The notes under the pieces are model-generated. The model searched no databases. It had not been told where the DNA came from and was given only the letters and a program-made list of their open reading frames with translations. A program made the translations under genes and the position numbers. Of a stretch of 64,000 nt of DNA, positions 1-8,696 are shown one piece after another; position 1 is the first letter of the stretch; each line of letters starts with the position of its first letter. The DNA comes from Bacilli bacterium (lineage in GTDB: Bacteria > Bacillota_I > Bacilli_A > RF39 > UBA660): the NCBI GenBank assembly GCA_051872655.1, contig JBJEEB010000041.1:2656-66655 (forward strand), read 5' to 3'.

Positions 1-1044
1 AATTTGATATAAAAAACTATCTTTACCCTCTTTTAATATATACTCATCAGGATCCATTTTATTAGGAAGTCTAACTATTTTAATATTAACCCCAGTATCT
101 TCAAGCAACTCAATAGCACTAAGTGTAGCCTTCTCACCAGCAGCATCACCATCAAAACATAAAACTATATTTTTTGCCATATTTTTAAGTATTATTTTAT
201 GATCTTTAGTCAGTGCAGTTCCCATCGTAGCTATACAATTATTAATACCAACAGTACTAGCCCTAATAACATCCATTTGTCCTTCCATAATAATAATGGT
301 GTCATTCTTTTTAAGATGTTCTTTAGCTATATGGTAATTATATAATATCTTACCCTTCTTAAATTTATCAGTTTCCTTAGTATTAACATACTTAGAATTA
401 TCTTTAGTATTATATATTCTACCAGAAAAAGCTACTACATTACCACTTAAATCATATATAGGAAACATAATCCTACTAATAAATATATCATTACCATTAT
501 CATTAGTAAGACCAATATCAATAAGTTTATCTAATGAATATTTCTTATTAGTAAGATATTCAGTAAGAGATACCTTTTGAATAGAAAGACCAATACCAAA
601 TTTTTTAATAGTTTCTTTATCAATACTTCTATTTTCCAAATACTCTATAGCATTCTTACCCAAACTACTATTTAAACTATTTTGATAAAACTTATTAGCT
701 AAGTCATATATCTCATAGTAGTCATCTTTCTTAGTATTAACCTTAACATCTCCAGATATACTAATACCAACTTTTTCACCTAATAAACGAACTGCTTCAG
801 CAAAAGATATTTTTTCAAAATCTGAAACAAAAGTAAAAACATTACCTGAAGCACCACAAGAAAAACAAGTATATATTTGTTTTTCTGGACTAACACTCAT
901 ACTTGGTGAATGATCATCATGAAATGGACATACACCAATATAATTTTTACCCGTTTTTGTAAGATTCACATATCTTGATACTACATCTACTATATCAGTT
1001 TTATTTCTTATTTCATTAATAACTTCATTACTGATATAAGCCAT
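1..1044 (-). CDS. dnaG: DNA primase DnaG, N-terminal 348 codons; the gene runs off the left edge of the window
   Basis: Own reverse-strand translation from the ATG at 1042-1044: MAYISNEVINEIRNKTDIVDVVSRYVNLTKTGKNYIGVCPFHDDHSPSMSVSPEKQIYTCFSCGASGNVF... This is the CHC2 zinc finger (CPFHDDHSPS...CFSCG) followed by a TOPRIM-type primase core (IIIMEGQMDVI, VLCFDGDAAG). The frame is open to position 1. It is absent from the ORF track because it is edge-truncated. Confidence 0.85.
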   Translation of the reverse strand, partial: MAYISNEVINEIRNKTDIVDVVSRYVNLTKTGKNYIGVCPFHDDHSPSMSVSPEKQIYTCFSCGASGNVFTFVSDFEKISFAEAVRLLGEKVGISISGDVKVNTKKDDYYEIYDLANKFYQNSLNSSLGKNAIEYLENRSIDKETIKKFGIGLSIQKVSLTEYLTNKKYSLDKLIDIGLTNDNGNDIFISRIMFPIYDLSGNVVAFSGRIYNTKDNSKYVNTKETDKFKKGKILYNYHIAKEHLKKNDTIIIMEGQMDVIRASTVGINNCIATMGTALTKDHKIILKNMAKNIVLCFDGDAAGEKATLSAIELLEDTGVNIKIVRLPNKMDPDEYILKEGKDSFLYQI

Positions 1045-1191
1045 AATATCTCTCCTTACAAAAAACCAATATAATTATATAACAAAAGTCATTTTTTGTA
1101 AAGAAAAAGTTTTAACCTAATTTAATATAGTCAAAAGGAAGAAAAACCCCTACTTTTCTTCCTTCATTCTTATAAATAATTATGTATATTT

Positions 1192-2175
1192 CTACCTAGC
1201 ATAACCATATACCTTACCTTCTTCTAAAGTTATACCTTTATAATAAAAAAGTTCTGGTATTGTAACAAAAGTATAACCCTTACTTTGAAGTTCTGGAATA
1301 ATAATATTCAAACTATTCGCAGTGGCACTATATATATCATGCATAAGAATAATATCACCATCTTTAACTTTATTTATAACTCTACTTGCTATCTTCTTAG
1401 AATTATGATATTTCCAGTCTAAAGTATCAATATCCCAAATAATAATTGGCATATTAGATATTTTTTTAATTCTATTATTATATGCCCCATAACTTGGTCT
1501 TAAAAGCTTAGGATATTTACCAGTAACTTCAAATATTAAATTACTCGTATCATTAATTTCTTTCTTGATTTTATCTTCTTTATACTTGGTTAAAAGAAGA
1601 TGACTAAAAGTATGATTACCTATTTCCATACCACTATTAAATTCTTTCTTAAGTATATATTCATTATTCTTTATCTTACTACCTAGTACAAAAAAAGTAG
1701 CCTTGACATTATACTTATTAAGTATATCAATAACCTTATTAGTATTATAATTAGGTCCATCATCAAAAGTAAGAGCAATTAACTTATTATTATCTTCTAT
1801 TTTCCTATTAGTAATAATATCATAATCAAATACCTCAGTATATATTTTTTCAACGCTATCATTATTCATATCAATTAAAAAATTATCACTATCATTAACT
1901 ACAATATTATTATCAAAAAAGTACTTATAAAAAACAATATAATACTTATCATTTATATTATAATAGTCATAGTCAATAATACCATTATTATCAATATAAT
2001 AATTTAAATAATCACTAATATAACTATCTATTTTTACATTATCAAAAAAAGGATAACTAATTTCAATATTATTACTAATAATTTCCTTATTAACTAAACA
2101 ATCCTTATCATTATCAATTATCCATATCATTAAAGAAATAATAATCATCGGAAGTAAAATATATCTTAATTTCAT
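1192..2175 (-). CDS. Secreted or membrane-anchored polysaccharide deacetylase (NodB-homology domain, PgdA/CDA1 family) with an N-terminal Tyr/Asn-rich domain
   Basis: NodB motifs: LTFDDGP, ATFFVLG, the His-His motif GNHTFSH, LLRPSYG, ILMHD. I place the start at MKLRYILLPMIIISLM (ATG 2173-2175), which reads as a signal/anchor; the track start at 2244 adds 23 unlikely residues. Confidence 0.75.
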   Translation of the reverse strand: MKLRYILLPMIIISLMIWIIDNDKDCLVNKEIISNNIEISYPFFDNVKIDSYISDYLNYYIDNNGIIDYDYYNINDKYYIVFYKYFFDNNIVVNDSDNFLIDMNNDSVEKIYTEVFDYDIITNRKIEDNNKLIALTFDDGPNYNTNKVIDILNKYNVKATFFVLGSKIKNNEYILKKEFNSGMEIGNHTFSHLLLTKYKEDKIKKEINDTSNLIFEVTGKYPKLLRPSYGAYNNRIKKISNMPIIIWDIDTLDWKYHNSKKIASRVINKVKDGDIILMHDIYSATANSLNIIIPELQSKGYTFVTIPELFYYKGITLEEGKVYGYAR

Positions 2176-2218
2176 AATATCACAATAAATAGTATGAAAA
2201 AAGACTTCAAATAGAAGT

Positions 2219-2794
2219 CTAATATTTAATATTAATATCATCAAATTCTACATTAATAAATTTTTTACTAGATAAATAATCACACATATGAACAAATCTC
2301 TCATACTTATCTTTAGGTACAGGAAGTACTTCATTATCATTAAAGTCTTTATTCCAAATACCCATATGTGAAGATATTATTCTAGTAAGTAAATCAAGTT
2401 CTTCATTATTTAAAGATAATTTGTCTTTTCTTTCCCTAATAAATGAAGCCGATAGTAATGGATGATCAACCCTAGTATATTTTTCCTCAGGATTACCTTT
2501 TTTTAAACCATCATGAAGAGTAAGAGCCATAATAATAATATCTCTCTCATTATCTTTAAAATTATTAAGCCCAGGATTATCAAGAAGTTCTTTAGCAATC
2601 CTAATTGCTACTTTAGTATGTTTAACAAGTCCATTCTTAGTACTAGCAAACTCAGGATGATATTTACCAGTACTTGAAGCAGGTATTTCAAAGAAATAAT
2701 CAGGAAGTTCACTAACTAAATATTTTAAATCTTCTCTTTTTTTATAATCTTTAATATAACAATATTCTTTATCAAAATAACTAACCTTATCCAT
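2219..2794 (-). CDS. HD-domain metal-dependent phosphohydrolase
   Basis: H...HD pattern (GKYHPEFA...HTKVAIRIAKEL...LTLHDGLKKG...SSHMG) typical of small HD superfamily hydrolases. Confidence 0.55.
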   Translation of the reverse strand: MDKVSYFDKEYCYIKDYKKREDLKYLVSELPDYFFEIPASSTGKYHPEFASTKNGLVKHTKVAIRIAKELLDNPGLNNFKDNERDIIIMALTLHDGLKKGNPEEKYTRVDHPLLSASFIRERKDKLSLNNEELDLLTRIISSHMGIWNKDFNDNEVLPVPKDKYERFVHMCDYLSSKKFINVEFDDINIKY

Positions 2795-2796
2795 AA

Positions 2797-3597
2797 CTAT
2801 TTTCTAACATTAATATCCACAGTCGTATATGGAATATTAATTCCTTCCTTATCAAATACTTTCTTAATCATTTTTAGTGCCTCTCTTTTAATAGCAAAAT
2901 TAGTCATAGCTTTACATGTAATATCTACAATATAAACAATACTAGAACTACCAAATTCATCCACTCCTAAAAGTTTATAATCTTTTACATTATCTATCTT
3001 AAGAATATCTTCTTTCATACCCGCAAGTACCTTTTCTAATTTATCAATATCAGTATCATATGCTACATTAAGTTTAAGAAAAATATCACAATCAGCTAAA
3101 TTATAATTAATAACCTCACTAAAAGAAGAATTACCAATTGATTTAACTTCACCAGTAAAAGCCTTTATCTTCGTAGTTCTAAGACCAAATTCAATAACAG
3201 TACCCTTAAAATCATTTATTGAAACAGTATCACCAACAGCGTACTTATTTTCAAATAAAATAGTTATCCCCGCTAGAAGATCTTTAATAATATCCTGAAA
3301 AGCAAGTCCAATAACAGCAGCAAATACACCTAATGAAGCAATAATACTCGTAGTATCAATTCCATATAATTTCAAAATACCAAGTACAACAAATATAAGA
3401 ATCAAATATTTAAATATACTTTTACATAAATTAATAATAGTATCTTTTTTCTTATCCCTACCACTAGTACCAGTATGCCTATTAGTAATTTTATCAATAA
3501 CCTTTTTTAATATAAAATATAACACCAAGCCAATAATAACATATATAATTGGCAAATAAAATTTTTCATTAGTAATAAATTTTATAAATTTATCCAT
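2797..3597 (-). CDS. Small-conductance mechanosensitive channel (MscS family)
   Basis: Three N-terminal TM helices, then the MscS beta-domain signature FENKYAVGDTVSINDFKGTVIEFGLRTTKIKAFTGEV; 266 aa. Confidence 0.75.
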   Translation of the reverse strand: MDKFIKFITNEKFYLPIIYVIIGLVLYFILKKVIDKITNRHTGTSGRDKKKDTIINLCKSIFKYLILIFVVLGILKLYGIDTTSIIASLGVFAAVIGLAFQDIIKDLLAGITILFENKYAVGDTVSINDFKGTVIEFGLRTTKIKAFTGEVKSIGNSSFSEVINYNLADCDIFLKLNVAYDTDIDKLEKVLAGMKEDILKIDNVKDYKLLGVDEFGSSSIVYIVDITCKAMTNFAIKREALKMIKKVFDKEGINIPYTTVDINVRK

Positions 3598-3639
3598 AAT
3601 ACCTACCTCACATACTAATTATAAAATATTTAAACAAAT

Positions 3640-3682
3640 AAGTAAACAAAAAGATAGTCAAAACATTAAATTTTGACTATCT
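3640..3682 (-). terminator. Rho-independent terminator of the small gene 3677..3922
   Basis: Perfect 12-bp inverted repeat agatagtcaaaa / ttttgactatct (3652-3663 / 3671-3682) with a 7-nt loop. On the minus-strand transcript it is followed by UUUUGUUU. The stem includes the stop codon. Confidence 0.6.
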
Positions 3683-3922
3683 ATTAATATCTATTTCCAT
3701 CTTACGAACTCTACTTTTTCCATCATAATTAGTTTTATTTAAAAACCCACTATTTATATTTTCACCATCAAAGTCAAGACTACTAACTCTACTTATTTCA
3801 CTTTCAACATATAAAAGAGATTCATTTAACAATGCAATCTTATTTTCACACTCGAATATTTCCCCAGTTATACTTGACTTTAAATCATATAAACCTTTTA
3901 ATACTTCATTTTTATTATTCAT
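3677..3922 (-). CDS. Small hypothetical protein (81 aa)
   Basis: ORF with its own strong terminator; no recognisable motif. Confidence 0.4.
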   Translation of the reverse strand: MNNKNEVLKGLYDLKSSITGEIFECENKIALLNESLLYVESEISRVSSLDFDGENINSGFLNKTNYDGKSRVRKMEIDINR

Positions 3923-3970
3923 AATAACCCTTCCCTTTCATGGAATAATATTCTATCATAAAAACAAATA

Positions 3971-5047
3971 TTATTCAAGTATTCTAACAATTATTTCATT
4001 AGAGATATACATATACTTCTTATTAATCTTAAGATAATTATTTTCTTTTATTAAATAACCATCTTTTAATAAATTATCTATATTATATACTTCCTCTAAA
4101 GATATATTAAATTTATTTTTAAATATGTCTAAATTAATACCATCTAATTTTCTAAGTCCAAGCATAATCTCATTTTCCATTCTAATATCTTTATCTTCAT
4201 AATCTATACTATCTAAATAAATACCACCTAAATATTTATGTAAATTCTTAGTATTGACCATTCTCTTATTATCAATATAACTAGTACTAGATAAACCAAA
4301 ACCATAATAATCTTCATTATTCCAATATACTAAATTATGTTTAGACTGATATCCATCTTTAGCATAATTACTAATCTCATAATGAATATATGCATTAGCC
4401 TCAAGAGTATTCTCTATATATTTATACATTTCATAATCAATATCTTCATCTATATTTTTCATACCCTTAATCTTTAATATAGTATTATTTTCAATTATCA
4501 AACTATATGTAGAAATATGTGGAATATCAAGTTTCAAAAAATTATTAATATCTTCTTTTAATATATTAATATCATCATAAGCAGCATATATTAAATCAAT
4601 ATTAATATTATTAAAATATTTTTTAATGAGTTTAATTTTATCAAATGCTTCTTCCTTAGTATGTCTTCTTCCAAGTAATTTAATAATATCTTCATTAAAA
4701 GATTCCACACCTATACTAATTCTATTTACTCCATAATCTTTCATTATCTTAAGTTTATTTTCAGTAATAGATTCAACATTACACTCTAATGTAAACTCAC
4801 AATCACTATTAACATTAAATAGTTTAATAATATTAAATAGTTTAACTAACTCTTCTTCATTCAAACTACTAGGAGTACCTCCACCTATAAAAATAGTATT
4901 AACAATTTCTCCTTTATATCTAGATTTGATCTCTTCTTTTAAATTATTCAAATAATTATCCACATATTTTTCATTATAAAATATTTTACAAAAATCACAA
5001 TAAGTACAAATACTATTACAGAAAGGAATATGAATATATATAGACAT
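3971..5047 (-). CDS. hemW: Radical SAM family heme chaperone HemW (oxygen-independent coproporphyrinogen III oxidase-like)
   Basis: CxxxCxxC radical-SAM motif directly after the start (MSIYIHIPFCNSICTYCDFC), the GGGTPS glycine-rich SAM motif, and HemN-like length. I place the start at the ATG at 5045-5047 (MSIYIHIPFC), not the track start. Confidence 0.8.
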   Translation of the reverse strand: MSIYIHIPFCNSICTYCDFCKIFYNEKYVDNYLNNLKEEIKSRYKGEIVNTIFIGGGTPSSLNEEELVKLFNIIKLFNVNSDCEFTLECNVESITENKLKIMKDYGVNRISIGVESFNEDIIKLLGRRHTKEEAFDKIKLIKKYFNNINIDLIYAAYDDINILKEDINNFLKLDIPHISTYSLIIENNTILKIKGMKNIDEDIDYEMYKYIENTLEANAYIHYEISNYAKDGYQSKHNLVYWNNEDYYGFGLSSTSYIDNKRMVNTKNLHKYLGGIYLDSIDYEDKDIRMENEIMLGLRKLDGINLDIFKNKFNISLEEVYNIDNLLKDGYLIKENNYLKINKKYMYISNEIIVRILE

Positions 5048-5137
5048 AATATCACCAATCAATAGAATAACATAATAATAATCAAAATACAATGAATAAA
5101 ATAACAAATATTATATCATCATATAAATGGTGATATT

Positions 5138-5344
5138 ATGAATAATATAGATGTAAGAGAGTATATTAAAAATAATTTTAAAGATTCAAATACCGAAGAA
5201 TTACAAAAATCAATAGAAGAATCAATATCTTCTCATGAAGATGATCCACTAATAGGACTAGGAGTACTATTTGAATTACTTTGGAACAATTCAAGTAGTG
5301 AAGAAAAAGAGAGTATACTTTCTAACATAAAAAAGGGTATGTAA
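5138..5344 (+). CDS. sspI: Small acid-soluble spore protein SspI
   Basis: 68 aa. The core LIGLGVLFELLWNNSSSEEKESILSNIKKG matches the conserved SspI block (LPGLGVLFEV.W.....EK.E.L) as I recall it from Bacillus SspI. It is one of the few plus-strand genes. Confidence 0.6.
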   Translation: MNNIDVREYIKNNFKDSNTEELQKSIEESISSHEDDPLIGLGVLFELLWNNSSSEEKESILSNIKKGM

Positions 5345-5346
5345 AA

Positions 5347-6303
5347 TTACATATCCTTTCCTGCTATAAAAAGTTCTAAAAGTACACTACCATCAACATT
5401 ATTAATCTTAATATCCCTATCAATATCTGATAATTTAGATAAATATTTAATAAGCATATCTTCACTATAATAATAACAATCACTAAGTAAATATTTTACT
5501 CTATATACACTTTTAAATTCTAATATTTTAGCAATTTCATCATTAGATTTACCACTATTATATAATCTTTTAACTTGAAATAATAATCTAATTTGACTAG
5601 CAATAACAGCAATAACTTGACTAGGATCCATTCCATTTAATATAAAATTCTTATATAATTTAATAGCCTTATCATTTTCATTTTTAAGTATAAAACTAAC
5701 CAAATCATATATAGTATTATCACTATTTTCTTCAGTAAGAAGAACAATATCATTACCATTAATGTTTTTATCATCTATCTTATATAACATAAGTTTATCA
5801 AGTTCATTTTTAATATTATCAATATTATTTCCAACTCTATTAATAAACAAATTAATATCACTATTACTCATTATATAATCATTATTTTTAATATAATCAG
5901 ATACAAAATTACTTAAATATTCATAATTAGCTTCTACTTTTTTAATAGTACCATTATTACTAATAAGTTTAACTAATTTTTTCTTAGAGTCTATACTATC
6001 ACTATTAGAAATAAATACTAAATAACTATTAGAATTATACCCATTAAAATAATTTTCAAGTAAATCAATATCATTAATATCTTTCTTTTGAGACAAGTAA
6101 CTAGTACTATCAATAATAATAAATTTATTCAAAGAAAACATACTAACTGTCAAAGCTTCTTCAACAATACCATTAATATCCTCAATATTATAATAAATAA
6201 CATCATTATCTTTAATAAGTAATTTATCTTTAATAATATCAATTTCTCTATTAATAATAGACTTATCTAATCCATACAGCAAATAAAAATTCATAGCCAT
6301 CAC
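5347..6303 (-). CDS. holA: DNA polymerase III delta subunit
   Basis: N-terminal IYLLYG-type start (FYLLYGLDKSI) and a HolA-like C-terminal region (IAVIASQIRLLFQVKRLYNSGKSNDEIAKILEFKSVYRVKYLL); 318 aa. Confidence 0.75.
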   Translation of the reverse strand: MMAMNFYLLYGLDKSIINREIDIIKDKLLIKDNDVIYYNIEDINGIVEEALTVSMFSLNKFIIIDSTSYLSQKKDINDIDLLENYFNGYNSNSYLVFISNSDSIDSKKKLVKLISNNGTIKKVEANYEYLSNFVSDYIKNNDYIMSNSDINLFINRVGNNIDNIKNELDKLMLYKIDDKNINGNDIVLLTEENSDNTIYDLVSFILKNENDKAIKLYKNFILNGMDPSQVIAVIASQIRLLFQVKRLYNSGKSNDEIAKILEFKSVYRVKYLLSDCYYYSEDMLIKYLSKLSDIDRDIKINNVDGSVLLELFIAGKDM

Positions 6304-7163
6304 TCTATCTCTATATTTTTACATTTATAATTATTTCCCTCATAATATTCTATCAAAACATTTTCTTTATCAGAAGAAAAATATTCATCTAAATTATCTA
6401 TTTTAGATATAACTCTATAAGTATTATCATCGTCAATAAACTTATAAGTGTCACCATCATTCATATATTTATAAAACTTACCATTATCTTTAAATTTAAC
6501 ATACTGAGTATTATCAGTAAAAATATAATCATTAGTAACAACACTATTTTTAATTTTACCAACACCATTAAAAGTTAATTTTACTTCTTCCCTAACACTA
6601 GCAGAAAGTTCCTTATGATTATATTCCTTTATACAACTATAAATTTTATCTTTACCAATAATAACTTCAGGATTAAAAAAGAAAAATAAAGCAAGAACAA
6701 TAAGAAGAATCATAAATGATATTGCAGAAAAAGATATTTTTTTCTTTTTCTTAGTAGTAACTACTTCTTTTTTTATATTTTCTTTAGGTATTGTTAAATC
6801 ATATAATTTAACAATATCAAAATTATTAGTAATAATACCCTCATCTATTATTTGTACATCAGTAATATTATCTAACGAAATAATTTCAAAATCATTATTA
6901 ATATTATTATTAAGTAAATTAGTAATAAACTGATCAAATAAAATTTCATTATCATCTTTAGATAACATAACAACTATTTCTTTATCTCTAATAAACAATG
7001 AACCATAATATATCTTAGTATTATCATAACTATAAATTATATATTTATTACCATTTTTTTTATATTTAAAAGCCGCAAATACATTAATATATATAGTTTC
7101 TTGTCCATATTTAAATTTAAAATCATTAACCTTTATTCTTTTTCCAATCATAATGACCTCCAA
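6300..7163 (-). CDS. Hypothetical single-pass membrane protein (cytoplasmic N-domain, TM ISFSAISFMILLIVLALFFFF, small extracellular C-domain)
   Basis: Hydropathy only. It is the last gene of the TasA-like gene string, and its end overlaps the holA start by 4 nt. Confidence 0.45.
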   Translation of the reverse strand: MEVIMIGKRIKVNDFKFKYGQETIYINVFAAFKYKKNGNKYIIYSYDNTKIYYGSLFIRDKEIVVMLSKDDNEILFDQFITNLLNNNINNDFEIISLDNITDVQIIDEGIITNNFDIVKLYDLTIPKENIKKEVVTTKKKKKISFSAISFMILLIVLALFFFFNPEVIIGKDKIYSCIKEYNHKELSASVREEVKLTFNGVGKIKNSVVTNDYIFTDNTQYVKFKDNGKFYKYMNDGDTYKFIDDDNTYRVISKIDNLDEYFSSDKENVLIEYYEGNNYKCKNIEIE

Positions 7164-7199
7164 AATAATTATAATATAATTAAAAGAAAAAAACTAGTC

Positions 7200-7760
7200 T
7201 TATTTATATTTTATTTGACTAGCAGTTATATCAAATCCTCCTGTAAAAGTTTTACCCATTTCATAATCTTGCTGTTTATTATTTTCTTTAAGCCACATTA
7301 AAACAGTAAACTTTTTCTCCTCATTACTTTTTAAATATATACCAGAACCTAATAATATTTTACCATTCTTTGGTATATCACCTTTAGAAAGTTTATTACC
7401 AGCACTATCATACAAAGAATAACCCAATATATTATCATCAAATTCATTATTAGTTATATACATATATATATCTAATGTTTGATCCAAAGTACCAGTACTT
7501 TTAACAGAAAAATTCTTTTTATATACTGAATATTTAGTACTTAAATCAGGCTCATTAATTGGCATAAGAGCATAAGTATCAATAGCATTACCATCAATAT
7601 AATTAATAGCCAAAGTACCTGTCTTAATAATGGTACTATCTTCCTTATCACTAGCAATTAAAGAAAAATAAGTAAAAGTAACTCCTATTACCATTATTAT
7701 TAGTGTTAATATTAATACAATAAAATAAAATAAATCAGATTTACTCTTACTATTATTCAT
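7200..7760 (-). CDS. TasA/camelysin-like secreted protein with a SipW-cognate-type signal peptide
   Basis: N-terminus MNNSKSKSDLFYFIVLILTLIIMVIGVTFTYFSLIA: positive stretch, hydrophobic helix, then an A/T-x-[AYF]-F-S motif like the TasA/CalY signal (GGTWAFFND). The size (~186 aa) fits camelysin/TasA. Start placed at ATG 7758-7760. Confidence 0.5.
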   Translation of the reverse strand: MNNSKSKSDLFYFIVLILTLIIMVIGVTFTYFSLIASDKEDSTIIKTGTLAINYIDGNAIDTYALMPINEPDLSTKYSVYKKNFSVKSTGTLDQTLDIYMYITNNEFDDNILGYSLYDSAGNKLSKGDIPKNGKILLGSGIYLKSNEEKKFTVLMWLKENNKQQDYEMGKTFTGGFDITASQIKYK

Positions 7761-7829
7761 ACTATCACCTAGTATAATAATATCAAAAACATAAAAAAAA
7801 AGCAATATATAAATTGCTTTTAAAGAATA

Positions 7830-8558
7830 TTATTCAGTTGCTGTACCAGTAATAGTTTGAGAACCTTTAACTTCAATACTTACAGTACCTTTAAATATAG
7901 CGCCTTGTTCAGCATCATTTTCTGCACCAGCTTCATCAAGCCAAACAAACAAACGAAGATTTTTTGTAGTATTATTTCCAGCTATTGATAAAGTCTCATC
8001 ACCAGTAGCACCAAGTAATCCAAAATCACTATAGCCTACAGTACCAGTATATAACTCAGTACCATTATCAAAATCATCAGTTACACTTGTTCTATCATAT
8101 AAAACAAATTTCAAATTGCTAAAAGGTACTTCAGCAGGAGTAACTACATTACCCTCGCCATCTTTTACTTCTGTTTGTAATGGAGTAGGAATAACTTTAG
8201 CAGTAACTTCCATAGTAGTAGGGCCACCATTAGTTAAAGTAAAATCATAATAACCACAAGTAGTATAACCATTATCATCAACGCAAGTTTTATATGCACT
8301 TTCAGTATCAGTTACAGGATTAGCCCTAGTAAAAGTTCTAAGAGCAATTTCCTGAGTAGAAGGTATAATATTAGTTACATTTAATTGATCACCATCTTCA
8401 TAAACTATCTTAACAGTAGCAGCTTGTACTGTTAAAGCATTTTCTCTACTTCTTGCATTAATAGAAAAATAAGCTAAAGAAGCACCAATTATAGCAACAA
8501 TTAAAGTAAGTACTCCTATTACTCCAAAAAATATTCCTCTCTTATCTTCTCTTTCCAT
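7830..8558 (-). CDS. TasA/camelysin-like secreted protein with a SipW-cognate-type signal peptide (paralogue of 7200..7760)
   Basis: N-terminus MEREDKRGIFFGVIGVLTLIVAIIGASLAYFSINARS carries the same ...A-S-L-A-Y-F-S motif. 242 aa, Thr/Gly-rich beta protein. Confidence 0.55.
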   Translation of the reverse strand: MEREDKRGIFFGVIGVLTLIVAIIGASLAYFSINARSRENALTVQAATVKIVYEDGDQLNVTNIIPSTQEIALRTFTRANPVTDTESAYKTCVDDNGYTTCGYYDFTLTNGGPTTMEVTAKVIPTPLQTEVKDGEGNVVTPAEVPFSNLKFVLYDRTSVTDDFDNGTELYTGTVGYSDFGLLGATGDETLSIAGNNTTKNLRLFVWLDEAGAENDAEQGAIFKGTVSIEVKGSQTITGTATE

Positions 8559-8696
8559 TTTTTCTTCTCCTCTCTTCTATCATAATAATAATAACAAATT
8601 TTACATAAAATTACAATAGTTTTTATTTAAAAAAATTAAAAGAATGGCCTTAGCCATTCCTATATTTTTCAAGTAATAATCTAAAATTAATCACAA

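Noticed and set aside
7101-7301. 66-aa plus-strand ORF
   Set aside because: It spans the intergenic region antisense to two minus-strand genes and has no translation signals.
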